DNA from: Saccostrea echinata
Taxonomy: Eukaryota
Assembly: GCF_033153115.1 (NCBI RefSeq)
Contig: NW_026889778.1
Span: 2,728,001-2,792,000, forward strand
DNA length: 64,000 bases
Reading direction: 5' to 3'
Shown: positions 23,701-36,629 of the stretch, one piece after another
Numbering within the stretch: the first letter of the stretch is position 1
Layout of the letters: every line of letters begins with the position of its first letter
Program-made: the position numbers and the translations under genes
Notes under the pieces: generated by a model
The model's input: only the letters and a program-made list of their open reading frames with translations
The model's database searches: none
What the model was told of the DNA's origin: nothing

Positions 23701-26700
23701 CACTTTGATAAAGGGGAATAAATCAGATATGATTCACTGTGGTAAAGGGGGATGACTCTGATGTGATGATTGATTGAAGATTCACTGTGATAAGGGGGAT
23801 GATAACTCTGATTGCTGTTTATGTTCACATTGCTCTTTCACAGAGGGGGGAGAGTCATGACATCATGTACCCCGCTTGGACGTTTTGGGAGGGAGGACCA
23901 GCGGTCTGGCCAATCTATCCCACAGGACTGGGGCGCTGGGACCAACAAAGGGAGATAATTTCAAGGTACAAGTAAAAGGAGGTAAAACTTACTCATCTTC
24001 ATGCATGTGTTGTATTTTTTGCTCTTTTGAAATTGCATTAATGCCTCTTGGGGAAAAAAAATTAGATATTTAATCATAGAGGTTCAACACAGACCAAAAT
24101 TGTTGATAAAAATTTCCTAATGAGAAAATATGTATACAAAGTTTAAAGAATTACTTTAAAGATATGAATTATTTGTATGTTTCAAGGTTTTTTTTTATAT
24201 CAGAGCTGCCAAGAGCTGGCCTTGGGAGAAGAAGAAAAATAAGGGATTCTTCCGTGGATCTCGAACCAGTTCAGAGAGAGACCCCCTGATTCTACTGTCT
24301 AGGTCTAACCCAGAACTGGTGGATGCTGAGTACACTAAAAACCAGGCCTGGAGGTCTGAGGCAGTGAGTATTGGGGGGGGGGGGAGGGGAAGGGGGGTGT
24401 TACACTAAAAACCAGGCCTGGAGGTCTGTTTCAGTGAGTATTGGGGGAGGAGTACACTAAAAACTAGGCCTGGAGATCTGAGGCAATGGGTACTAGGGGA
24501 AAGAGTACACTAAAAAGCAGGCCTGAGGCATAGAGGTTTGATGCAGTGAGTGCTGGGGGAAGGAGAGTNNNNNNNNNNNNNNNNNNNNNNNNNNNNNNNN
24601 NNNNNNNNNNNNNNNNNNNNNNNNNNNNNNNNNNNNNNNNNNNNNNNNNNNNNNNNNNNNNNNNNNNNNNNNNNNNNNNNNNNNNNNNNNNNNNNNNNNN
24701 NNNNNNNNNNNNNNNNNNNGTATATATGTTCTGTCAGATGCAAGGTTCAGATGCTGTATCAGACATTTTATATTTTATGTTTGGATGACTTTGGTAAAGG
24801 ACAGTATCACAAGTGCTGTACGAACCTCACCTGCACACCCAGTCATTCTTTGATATTTGCATTGGATGCTTCATCTGACCTAAAGTTCAATTCAGTGACC
24901 TTGAAGAAGATGGGATTGACCTTATTTCCAGCTTTTAACAAGAGAAATACTTAATGATTGGTTGCAGTTATGGATGCTTTTTTCTGTGCAGTATTTAAAT
25001 GAACTATAAAGTTTAACTTAACTTGCTAGGTTATCAGCTCAATTTGAACTCCTCTAGTTAATACTATTTATAAAAGTACAAGTGTACACATAATGTAACC
25101 TTGCCATAATTCTGATTCATTTTCTTTTCATGCAAGTAAAAAAAAAAAAATTGAACCATTTTTCTCTGGAAGGCAACTATGATATTTACTCATCAACTAT
25201 CAATATGGTAAAACGAGTTTGTCTTTATGACAGGACACATTACACAGACCCCCAGCAAAGGATATCAAGTTAGAAGACCACTGTGATTACAAGTAAATCA
25301 GCAAATTTAATTAATAATTTTAACATGTGACAAAGAAGAAGTGTAAACAGCAATTACAGCTAAGAATGTTTTTTAGCTCACCTGGGTTAAAGGATCAGAA
25401 GTGGGTTTTTCTGATCCAAGCGTGTCTGGCATTCCTCTGTCTGTTGTGTGTTATGTATCCTCTGTAAAACTTTCACATTTTCAACATCCTTTTCAGTCTA
25501 ACTTGAGTAGTTTCAACCAAACTTGACACAAAGCATTTTTGGTTAAAGGAGAGTTCAGTAATATGCAAAAGAATGGCCTCACCCTTTTTAAAGGGGAAAT
25601 AATAATGAGAATAAGTCATTTAAGAATCCTCTTCTCAAGACCCACAGGGCCAGGGAGGCAGAGTTAGAGGTAAGATTTGTTATTGAGTATAAATACAGTG
25701 GCGCCTTGTTAATCCGGATGCCTCCGTCCCCAACGTAATCGTCCGGATAAATGAATCGTCCGGATAAGTGAATCATCTCTTAAAAGACCCTTTATAATTA
25801 ACGCCAGTTACATATTTCTTTTCTAAAGTTATGTTCATTAATAGACTGTAATGCAATAAATAGAAAGATATTTTCTTGAATTATATATCCTTATAAATTG
25901 TCTTATGAAAAGAAAAAAAGCATTTCAAATATATGTACGTTTAGAGAAATGGAAAATCGCATTTTGTTAAACTTATACGCAGCTCAAGACCGCAACAAAA
26001 TCTATTGATTTATTTTTTAATTATTTTATTTACAACTCTCCGAAATTCTCATAAATTGTTATACCGTTAGCAATTATATTCTGAAAGTATTTGTATTTAC
26101 AATATAAGCTAAATTCTTTGAGCTCCATAATATAATAGTCGCCCGCGTGGCGCAGTGGTTAGAGCGTCTGCTCTAGAGTCGCGAAGTAAGGAGTTGATCC
26201 TTACGTCGCGGGTTCAAATCCCACTGTGGGACGTGGAGACCGGTCCTTCGGATGAGACCGTATAAACCGAGGTCCCGTGTCGCAGTAGGTGCTGGCACGA
26301 AAAAGATCCCTCACTGCTCAATGGCCGTAAGTGCCGAGTATAGGACAAAATTTGCAGCTCTCCACCGGCAAATGGTGGCGTCTCCATATGAGTGAAAAAT
26401 TCTCGAGAGGGACGTTAAACAACATACAATCAATCAATCCATAATATAATAGACGCATGTTTTATTTGGGGTAAACACACACTAATTATAGACGCTATTG
26501 TTTGGAGGTCACAGGTAACCATCTTCAAACTTACTTCACGGACAATGTTTTTACAACAATTATCACTACTGCAAGATAGGTGTGAAAAAGTCGTTCCTTG
26601 AAAAAGTATCATCCGGATAAACGAGTCATTTTTCAATGAAATATTACGTTTTGTAGTAGAAATTGACCGTCCGAATCCGGAACGCAAATTTCCGGATTAA

Positions 26701-28796
26701 TGAGACAAAATAATGAGGAAAAAATCGGTTCCCAAAAAATATTGTCCGGAAGGTGAAGCGTCCGGGTTATTGGCGTCCGGATTACCGCGGCGCCACTGTA
26801 TTATGTTTGTTCAAATTATGACCCCAAGGCTTCTTGTCAATTATAGGACAAAGATTTAAATAGAAACATCAGAAAAAAATCTTTTAAAATCTTTCTTGAG
26901 AACAGCAGAACCACCGATAGTAAAGAAAATATGCAAACAAGTACATGTAGGTTGTAGTAATATTTTCTCAGGTGAGCAATGTGGTCCATGGGCTTAGGTT
27001 AACTCTTGATCAGGAAGTAACCTGTACCATTCTATATAATACATTAATGTTATTTAATATTTAACTTTCAGGACATTTCTTTCATTATCTATTTAACTTT
27101 TTGGACATTTCTTACAGGTACTTATTTAACTTTCGGGGGGTCGCTGCCAGCTTCCGTTTTAAGCATCTGTTTCTCTGTGATTCTGTAGTCTTCCATGTAG
27201 GGAGTGCCTGGTTAGAATTCTTTTATCCTGCCATGAAACCCTGGGTCCATTATATTCCAGTCAAAGAGGACCTCTCAGATGTTGTGTGAGTATTATAAAA
27301 CTGTTCCCTCAACAAATGTACACTTTGTTAAACTACCTCAACAAATGTACACTTTGTTTAACTAGAGTGGACAATTGTTAGCGTAGTTAATTAATTAATT
27401 ACTATATAGCTAGTTAATTAGTAAGTCATTCTGAGGCTGCTGTATATACTGTTTACTTTAAATAGAGTTTTGATCTCCGCACTAGAGTTTCCTGCACACC
27501 AAAAAGCTGTGGTAGTCTATGATAGTTGTATATACTGTTTACTTTAAATAGAGTTTTGATCTCTGCACTAGAGTTTCCTGCACACCAAAAAGCTGTGGTA
27601 GTCTATGATAGTTTGTTATGGAACTCCATACAGTGTATATATTTCTTGGATTTAAAAATTTAAATTTTGCTATGAAATAATTTGCAAAAATAGGAAGTGT
27701 ACAATAACATGCCTATACTGTAACTGGCGCTCTGAATGTGACCAGGTGTAAGTGTTAGAAGCAGCTCAGATTTAGATACAGAATGTGATTGTCTGGAGAA
27801 GTAGTCTGCTTAGATATATCGTATAAAATTGATATATTGTAGATATTTTTACTTACATTACTGGGTATTTTACAGGGAACTTTTGGAGTTTGCAAAAGAG
27901 AATGATGATGTTGTCCATGAAATAGCCAAAAGGTAAGAAGAAATGTACAAGGCATCTAAATATATAACATTCACTTAATTTTGAAATTCTAGAATATTTT
28001 TATTGAAAAATGACCACTTTAACTCTTTACATACACTTAATGTTCACGTCACAGAAATGTGAAGTTACCTTTTCCCCGTAAGCACTTTATAGCGAGGCAC
28101 AAGTTTCTCTAAAGTTTAGCGTAAATAATTATTTTGTAATATTTTAATAAGATTATAACTTTTCTTATTTTATGAGATTTTAGCAAGTATAAATTAGAAG
28201 GGAATTGGCATTAAATTGAAGATTAAATTTACTTTTGAAAGTGCGTGAAAAATGCGTGATTGCGGGGAAACGGTATATGCGTGATTTTGCGTTAGAAATA
28301 GGAAATGGTTTATGCGTTAAAATGCGTGACTGCGGGGAATATTATTGAATGGCAAGCAAATGATTTCATTTCACTGTACTGTGAATCTGTGGTGGAAGTA
28401 TTGGCCTTTTATCTTACATGTATGTTTACAGTTTGTCCCAAGAGTTTTCATAATTTGTTTTAAACATTTATTGTCGTTACATTATCTCTGCTTGTTTTTC
28501 ATTTATTTTAATTTATTGGAAAAAGTGAAAAATAAAAGGAAAACATTTACAGGAAACTTTTGTCTGTTCCTGATTATATTCGTCACTTTATTGAGTTCTG
28601 TTATTCTATAATAAAATTCATTTAGACGTAAAGCTGCATGCCCTCTATTTTATTTCTTTACAGAGGTCGACAGTTTATTTGGGATCATCTCAGAATGGAA
28701 GACATCTCCTCTTACTGGGAAACTCTACTTAAAAAATATGCCAAACTGTTAAAATTTAAACCTAAACGAAACAAGAGTTACTCACAAATTAAATAA
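20743..28796 (+). CDS. POGLUT1: Protein O-glucosyltransferase 1 (Rumi; GT90/CAP10), ~401 aa
   Basis: Ten phase-consistent exons: 20743-20869, 22254-22353, 22463-22606, 23126-23261, 23844-23965, 24204-24363, 25234-25292, 27118-27285, 27876-27932, 28664-28796. It has a signal peptide and the motifs [61 protein letters not shown] and [20 protein letters not shown]. Confidence 0.95.
21084..21264 (+). mobile_element. Partial TRIM-like element (second family): PPT plus tRNA-like LTR
   Basis: acctttaaggagggaggaa|tgt...ctcagttggtagaaca...ccttaca; the 22-mer is identical to 32301-32322. Confidence 0.5.
22649..22929. mobile_element. Mariner-type MITE containing a nested perfect 33-bp palindrome
   Basis: Ends tgtggaatcat / atgattccacagta; internal IR 22731-22763 versus 22782-22814. 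Confidence 0.65.
23470..23812. repeat. Degenerate ~46-bp intronic minisatellite
   Basis: Recurrent tgataaagggg-ataactctgatgtga units, about 7 copies. Confidence 0.75.
24328..24568 (+). repeat. Tandem copies of the POGLUT1 exon-6 3' end plus donor
   Basis: tacactaaaaaccaggcctggaggtctgaggca|gtgagtattgggg occurs 4 times (first copy is the real exon end at 24363) and runs into the gap. Confidence 0.85.
24569..24719. other. Assembly gap (N run)
   Basis: Run of n. Confidence 1.
25696..26798. mobile_element. Tc1/mariner (pogo/Tigger-like) MITE, TA TSD
   Basis: ta|cagtggcgccttgttaatccggatgcc ... ggcgtccggattaccgcggcgccactg|ta, with subterminal tccggat repeats. Confidence 0.85.
26139..26437 (+). 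mobile_element. tRNA-derived SINE (V-domain-like core), full length with 15-bp TSD
   Basis: A box tggcgcagtgg, B box ggttcaaatcc, core ccttcggatgagaccgtataaaccgaggtcc and a (caat)n tail. TSD tccataatataatag lies at 26124-26138 and 26438-26452. Confidence 0.9.
27444..27614. repeat. 85-bp tandem duplication in intron (plus 30-bp duplication at 27307-27364)
   Basis: atatactgtttactttaaatagagttttgatctc...gtctatgatagtt occurs twice. Confidence 0.85.
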
Positions 28797-29816
28797 TTTA
28801 TGAACATTACTACTAAAGAAATACACCAAACTTTTAAGATTTAAACCAAAATGAAACAAGAGTTTCAAGCAAATCAAATAATTTATGATCATTTCTCTTT
28901 TGATAGTTTTTTTTAAATAGTCTTTTATAATTATTTTTTTTTATACACAATGGTTAGTGGATTTATGTTGTAGTAAATTTTATCTCTGCCATGTACATGT
29001 ATGTTATATCCTTTTGACCTAGGGGCATTTTTAGAGGTGCGTGGCCATAACAAAATAAAATGGATGTAAAATTCTAGGTTTATATTGCCATGAGTGATTT
29101 TGTGGAGGACCACCATAACATTATAAAACAGATATTGAAAAAAAAAACTTTTTTATAGTCGCATTGTACAGTACATGTACATGTAAAAACGAGTAATATT
29201 TTTTCATTTCCCTATATATTCCGTATAAACTTTTCATACTTTTATGAATTATCTTGGCACAATTGTTCCAGAGTTGATGTAATTTTTCTGAATGATTGCG
29301 TTTCAGTACACTATACACCTGCTAGAATAAAATTATTTGAAGTCATGAAAACGTTTCTTACATAAAATATTCAAATGTCACGATACCATGTCAACTTTTG
29401 TTGAGAGTATATTTCAGTATGTTAATAACAAGTTGTAAAAACAGCTGTAATGTATTTTAAATATGCAATATTATGTTTGATGTATTTAAATGGTACAGTT
29501 TTCTTCTGTAATTTTTTCTCTCTATATTTTGTTATATAATACATATATGTAATATAGTGTTGAATCGATTGAATTTGTTAGCTTAGTGTGTTAAAAAAAG
29601 ATCCAGATTTGAAAAAAAGATAAATATATCCTCTTTAATTATTATGCTTAGGCTGTCCTCCAGGAAATCACCCTAGGCTGTTTGAACTCGGTTTTTATAT
29701 CCTGTTTATTATGTTACTGCCACCAAAGGATAATTTAGATTTACATGCCATATACATGTATCAGTCTATCTATCTTCATATGTATTTTATATAGCTAAAT
29801 TTCATTCTGGTGGAAT

Positions 29817-30105
29817 ATTTATGCCCCCCTTTGAAGAAGGAAGGGTATATTGCTTTGCTGCTGTCTATCAGTCGGTCGGTCTTTCTGTCAGTCCACCAAC
29901 AGTTTCCATTCATTTTCTTTGCAGAGGTTACACATACTGATTGAAATGAAATTTGGTATACAGATTTATCATAAGAATATCTAGGTCAACTTCTCTTTTG
30001 GGTACGATCAAGCAATTTTTGACAGAGTTATGCCCCTTGGACTTAGAAAAATTCCAATTATTGGGGGGGGGGGGGGGGATAAGTGTTTCACAAACATTTC
30101 TTGTT
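29817..30105 (+). mobile_element. Short HINE/Helitron-type element
   Basis: tttatgccccctttgaagaag start, gtcg/gtct microsatellite and gggggataagtgtttcacaaacatttcttgtt end. Confidence 0.55.
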
Positions 30106-30220
30106 TACTTTCAAACATGCAATTGCAATTATCATAAATTACAAAAATGATAATCAGCTAATTTAATGATGTTAGAATGTTGTCGGTAGGAAATGTGTGA
30201 TTGTGAAATCCAGAGTTTAA

Positions 30221-30536
30221 GGTCAAACGATACGTTCCTCAAATATCTGTTTTGCAAGTCTTCGTAATGTATGAAAAATATTCAAAATTTTAACTACCTT
30301 CTGATTTCTTAGCAGGTTTCTTACTATCTTAAAATAATCGAAACACTAAAAATGTGATATTGACATATAAAGATTTTCCCAAAAGGATAAAATAGGAAAC
30401 ATCATCCTCTGGTATCTTGCACAAATGCCTGGTAAGGTACCTCAATTTTTTGTGAGTAAACATGTTAAAGTAGCAATACTTCAATGACAAAATATTAGAA
30501 AAAATTATATATTATTGAGGAACGTATCGTCTGTCC
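30221..30536. mobile_element. Kolobok-like MITE, TTAA TSD
   Basis: ttaa|ggtcaaacgatacgttcctcaa ... ttgaggaacgtatcgtctgtcc|ttaa (22-bp TIR, 2 mismatches). Confidence 0.8.
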
Positions 30537-31852
30537 TTAATGCAAAATCCATTTACATCAGTTCCTTCTTTAGATTAAACTGACAGTTGCATGTACACTA
30601 TTTCTTTTCATGTACATTTAAAGTACAGATAAGCATATAGATTTGACTTATTCGTACCTAGATTTTCAAAAAATTATGATGGGCTTCCAATTTATACAGC
30701 AATTTTATTGTTCAGATAACAAGATTTTGTTTTCAATAAATAATACAGTTAAGAGTTTTCCAGTTTGTGTTATATGTAGCTGTACTGGATGAGAGAAAGA
30801 GGTTGCGTACGTAATGATAAGGTGTCCATTGTTTGTCCACCCATATCAGTGTCAGTCCATTTGTAAACAATTTTAGAAAATACTAAGAAACAGTTTAGGT
30901 CTGATTTCAAAAGAAATTGGTTCACAAGTGGACTAAATATATTGCTGCGTTTACTAAAAATAAAAAGATCTTAAATTCTCTGCAAATTTCTCTGATTTAA
31001 AGCTGAACAAGAATCATTAAAGGTAGAGATCTATGTTTATCTGCCATATTTTTCTCTATTTTCTTTTAGCTGACTACTGCCCCTATATAAGCTGTTCACT
31101 TAGTTTCGGTATAGTGTAATCAGTTTTCACCTGTGTGGATGGACATATTCTACATAGCTATTGTAAAGCTCTAGGTAGCAACAAAAGTAAAGGTGAGCTT
31201 CTTCCACAGCAGAATAGAAAGTTACTAAAGAAACTAACATCAGTTGCACAGGTCAGTGCAGTACAAACAAACGCAAATACATGTAAACTACAATAAAATG
31301 TAAACAATGGTATTGTAATGTAAGAAAGTCAACGCAAACGTGTCCATTCCATGCAGGTATCCATGACAAGAAAGCTGTCACGTGTAACAAATGCGTAGGT
31401 AATAGCCCAGTTCTGATATCAGAGATAGGAAAACTTATATGGCGTGTGCCTATTTACGAGTTGTGTTCAGCTTTAAATGTTAAAATTATATAAATTCAAA
31501 ATCAAGTTTAACATTCCTCCTAGGTCATTCACAGTACTGACAGTTAAGGTGCCCTATGGAAATATTGGCCTTTTTTTTAATAAAAAAGTATTCTTAATCA
31601 GGGTGGCGATTCTTTTTAGTACTTATCTAATATTGGACAAATGTTATTTAGGTTTTTAACTATATTTTACATATTGAGGATGATTAGATTTTTTATCTAG
31701 ACTTGTAACGTGATGTGGCAGTCATATGTGATTTTGGCACATATACCAGTTTACTTGCATTATTGAGGATACTGATAAATTTCAGTAGTGCAAGGACATA
31801 ACCAAGATAAAATTGAAAATTTAGTTTATATTTTCAACACCCATATAGTTTG

Positions 31853-32001
31853 TGAAAAGTGCTGCGATCCAATACAGATTATCCTATTTCATTGTTAAAA
31901 TTATAGTTGTACGACTGCATGCTGAATTTTTTGCTGGTCAACTGCATTAAATATAGAAATAATTCATTTTCAGGATCTCGCCAGGATCGCAGCACTTTTC
32001 A
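31853..32001. repeat. 18-bp perfect inverted repeat (MITE-like)
   Basis: tgaaaagtgctgcgatcc / ggatcgcagcacttttca. Confidence 0.7.
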
Positions 32002-32242
32002 AGTAGCTTAATACTTCTAGAGTCTAATGTGTAAAATGCTTACTATGATCCTTTGAGTGTATGCCCTTGCCCTAGAACAATTTATTAAGACCCTGTGAAC
32101 CATACTTGATTCATCAGTCTAGAGATTGAAACCTAATCATGACAAGAAATTTTGCAAGTGAAAGAAGGTTGTGAAACTTTCGGATATATCTCGCACGTGA
32201 AAGAAAATGTTGGTTTACATCATTTTTTCAAACTTTATATAG

Positions 32243-32446
32243 TGACAGGTGAAAGACCTGCCAGGGAAGAGTCTGGGTTGGTGTCTTCAGGGGGCCGAAG
32301 ACCTTTAAGGAGGGAGGAATGTAGTGGTCAGATGGGTTCGATCACTGGTACCAGACAACTCAGTTGGAAGAGTTCAGTTCAGGGGGCCTGGTTTTGAATC
32401 CCAGGTTGGTCTGTCTCTACTCCCCTCCCCCCCCCCCCCTTTCACA
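32243..32446 (+). mobile_element. Partial TRIM-like element (second family): PPT plus tRNA-like LTR
   Basis: acctttaaggagggaggaa|tgtagtggtcag...aactcagttggaagag...ggttttgaatccc...ttcaca. Confidence 0.5.
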
Positions 32447-33480
32447 AATAGAAATTCTTGATCTTGTTTACAAAACCTCACATACCCACCCTCAGGGTAA
32501 AAATTAAAGATATCACTGTACATGTCCTTTCACTGAACATGTTTTGTTGCTAAATGATCAACTGCTGGAAGTACAGATACATGTATTGTTAAAAATAAGT
32601 TAATTGAACTGACATAAAAATAACAGAAAATTTTGATGAAGTGTTTATTGCTGTCAATATAAACTTGTGGATGTATATTTCAATATACATAAACATATAT
32701 ATACATGTTTATGTAGACATTTCAACAAATGTGATAAAAATTTTCTAGTGCAGCTAATGACCTTGAATTGTTGATGCATGCACACAACCTTGAAAACATC
32801 TGGCACACTCAGATAAATTCAACCCATAATGAATTGATTCTAAAAGTGGATCATGTTTACAATGTTTGCTTAGAAACACAAGAATCTAGATATTGGAGAA
32901 TCAATACATACACACAGCTGAAAGAAAATCCCAGAAAATTAATGAAAGCTGTAGAACTCGGTACAATGCAGATAAGATCTTAAGTGTTTTTTTACAATGA
33001 GTCATTTTTTCATCATGATTGTCTTTCAATGTGCATTATCTTTCAGAATTACCTTATTAAATACCAGATGTCCACCCCTCTCTGTTATTTTTTAATCTGA
33101 AAATGAATAGGCACTTATATTTTGACTTGTAAGAAGCATGTTTATAGATAATCTTAAATCTGATTTATGCAAATCATCCCTTTCAGATTCTACATTCAAA
33201 GAAACATATTTATGTTGCATCCCCTTTCTCCATAGATGCATACATGTATCTAAATGAATACTGTATAAAACCTGGGTCTTGCATTGATTCCCATGATTAT
33301 GGTTGTTTTGTTTGTTATTGTCAATGACAGAAGAAATACGCATGAAAAAAATCATGCATGTAATAAATATTGTTAATATACTGTATTCTAAATGTAATGA
33401 AATTGAGCTCAAAAATAGATCATGAATGATTATGACATGAAAACAAAATTATAACTGAGTATAACAACAAACAACAACTT

Positions 33481-36398
33481 TTATTCCCAATCATCTTCAT
33501 CATCATCCCCACCCCCAGACTTAGGAGGTGGGGGTATCATTGATGAAATTTTGTCCATGGCTCCACCTCCCCCTGTTGGTGGTGGGGGTGGGGCATCTGA
33601 ACTGTCAGTCGCTCCTTTTCCCCCTCCCCCGCCCCCAGAAATCCCCTTTCTTCTCATGGTCAGTCTGCTGAAGAGGTCACTCATCAGGTCCCCACCTCCC
33701 CCACCACTGGGGGCGGCCGCTGCCTTCTCCTCCTTCTTTTTCTTCTTCTCCAGTTTTCTATCTTTGGCACTCTTTAACTTTGCTCCACTGACCCCACCCG
33801 TCTTACGTATGGCATCAAGTAAACTGGACCTAGAGTCACTTGGAGCGGTCACTTCTGCAGGGGCTGATTCTGGCACACCACTTGGTGGTGGCGGTGGTGG
33901 GGGTGGGGCATCTGGAGCAGGGGGTGGTGGTGGGGGTGGAGGTGCACCTGGGGGTGGGGGAGCTGGTGCAGATGGGGGAGGGGGAGGTGGGGGAGCTGCA
34001 CTGGGAGGAGGGGGTGGTGCTGCACTGGGTGGGGCTTGGGATATTTCTGGAACAGAGGGAAGTGTTTCTTCAGGTACTACAGAGGGTAGGTCTGGAATGA
34101 TACTGCCCAGGACTGAGGGAGCTATGGATTTTTCCTGGTCAACCGCAAAGGAAAGATCATCAGCAACACCTACAAAATAAACGTAAGAAACATGAAGTCT
34201 GACAGTTCTCCAGTATACACATGTAGATCAAACACTTTTTACATATTCTTTTTCCCATGACCATATATCTATTCTGAACCAGCTCTTCAACAATTACACA
34301 ATCTCTAGTTGTTAAAGGTTTTCCATACAATATCCACTCTTGGTTTTGTACAATATTCAGAAATGGCATGAAGGTATTACAATGTGTTAGGCCTTTCAAA
34401 AATGTTGGGATTTTTCACTGGTATAATGCCCTTTATATAGAACAGCGTTTCTAAGTTCTGGATTATTCCTAACTTTACATACATGTATGTCATTATAAAT
34501 TGCTTCCAGAGAAAGAAAGAACAATGTTCTATAATTACAAGGGTATTTCTATTTCATCATAAGTTGATACCTGGTAGATTGGGTAGGAATTCTGGGACTG
34601 CTATCTCCGGGAAGTCCACGATCACTGGCTTGAAGGAGATGTCGTCCACTCTCTGTCCCTGCAGTCCCTCGTTTGTGGTGATGGTGGTCGGCGCGGCGTC
34701 TATTTCACTCTCCTCCTCAATCGCAGTGCGAGTCTTCTTAACCACGCCCAAGGGATCAAGCATTGTGTACTGTTTATATCTGTAATAAACAGAAGAAATA
34801 GTATTGGTACTTGGGGTAAAATACCTTGAGGTATCACAGACCAATGTGTTGAGGAATGAAAATCACTGCTGCAAGTGTCATTTCATTATAAGCACGTTCG
34901 CTATAAGTGTGTTTAACTGTAAAGTGTGCCACAACTGTTTTTTTTTTTCCTTGCATAAAATGAGTTTCACTATAGGCCTATCGTATCAAGATTGTATGTT
35001 TAATTCAAAATCTGTTCATTTACATATCCTTATTATCCTTTTGCCCATACTTTTTACTGTACGTGGTATATTTCTAATGAGAATGTCATTGAAATAAATT
35101 AATTTGAAGAGTGGGTGGGTAAGAAGAGGGCACACTTAAAAATCCTGTACTTTTTTTTTAAAGGAGGGAGATTAAAAATCAGTAAATAATCCAAAGAAGT
35201 AACAAGTAAGTTGCATTCTTAATCAAATTTTACACACGAGCTTAAGATCCTGTTAACGCAGACATTGTATCCCTGTATTGTAGGGGTTGTGAAACTATTT
35301 TGGACTTCCCCCACAATAGGAAATTCTTAATTTGTCCCTGTCTTAAACATGTTAAATAAAGAGAATAATGCATATATACTAAAATCCATATCATATCAGC
35401 CCAAGTGCTATGATATATGATATGAATTTGAGTCGATGTGGTATTCTATTTATCATATATTTAAAATATGTATGTAATACGCCAATCCAATTTAAGTCCT
35501 TTCTTTAAGAAAGTTTCATGTCTTTTGACCCTTTTCTTCAAAATCTAATAGTCTTAAAGCCAATTTTAGCATATTTAGGTCATTTTAAAACTAATCAAGT
35601 CAACAAATTTTAGTTTATGAATTGTATTACATATACATTATATATAATTCAATGAAATTGAGGTAATTAACTTTTAAACATTATTAAAACATTATTTCCA
35701 GTTTGATATGGATTTTTGCATGCCAGCATCTGATATGTGATATGGGTTTTTGGACCGGTCGTTGATATGAGGCATTGTGATGTCACTCAATCTGACGCAC
35801 AGTGTGGAATCGGTATATTTACTACTAAGTACATGATAATTATACCAGACATAATGTATACTTACAGGTTTTCTGACGTATTAAACAACAACAGAGAGCT
35901 GATGGAGGGTACAGATTTGGGTAATCCCCCGAGCCCATCTCTCAAATTAGCGTCCTCTTTACGCTTTAACTTCAAATGAACATTGTAGAATTGTAATTTC
36001 TCCCTCAATGATTTATCATCAAGTCCTTTGTGTTTAGATGTCACTTTGTAATGAGGTCTTTTAATCTCTCGCAGCCCATTGGTGCTCTCTAAGGGAAACA
36101 TTATTTGATATTCCTCTAAATTCTCAGCAGCTGGGTATTTTGCTGAAGCGAATACTTTCGTAGCTTTATTACTTCCCTTGATTTTGTCTACTTTTGCCTG
36201 AGCTAAACTTATTCTATCATTGACCCTTTGAAGTTTTGTTCGATTTTCACTGATCTTGGTGCCGATTCTTTTAAATACTTCATTTGCCACTTGATCTAAA
36301 TAGTTAAGGGAATCCGCAATCTGATGGACTGTCTCTTCTCGACGCAAGTCCGGAGGGACATTTGGAATATTGAAGCTTTGGCAAGACATCTCCGGCAT
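33481..36398 (-). CDS. WASHC1: WASH complex subunit 1 (WAS protein family homolog), ~476 aa
   Basis: Exons 36398-35866, 34779-34571 and 34169-33481 total 1431 nt and are phase-consistent. WHD1 (DLRREETVHQIADSL...KATKVFASAKYPA), SSLLLFNTSENLYKQY..LDPL, polyproline, WH2 (RSSLLDAIRKTGG..KLKS), central DLMSDLFSRLTMRRKGISG and acidic end DDDEDDWE. Confidence 0.95.
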
Positions 36399-36629
36399 TT
36401 AGGTATGAAGTAGAAATCTGGAAAAAATCTTCAACATAAGTTACATATTTCTAAACCAGTGGGTTTTTTTTCATATAAATTAATTAATATTCATCTCCCT
36501 TCAAATTAGGCATGGTTAATGCCTGAACCACTGCCCAGGCTTGACCTTTTATTTAATATAAAAATTACAAATTACATGGTTGTTAGTAAGTAAATATAGA
36601 CTAATAACCTAGGAAAGGTCTTTAGTCAA

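Larger units (their letters stand above)
25369..26998 (+). mobile_element. HINE/Helentron-type non-autonomous element interrupted by a MITE and a SINE
   Basis: 5' ttttagctcacctg, a gtct microsatellite-like head and 3' ctcaggtgagcaatgtggtccatgggc. Termini are the same as the element at 49259-50454. Confidence 0.7.

Noticed and set aside
24510-24954. ORFs containing X runs
   Set aside because: Artefacts of the N gap.
26139-26232. tRNA gene (including a possible CTA anticodon)
   Set aside because: No clean anticodon stem; it continues into a SINE body and tail and is bounded by a TSD.
33551-34180. 209-aa Gly-rich plus-strand ORF
   Set aside because: Antisense shadow of the WASHC1 polyproline exon.
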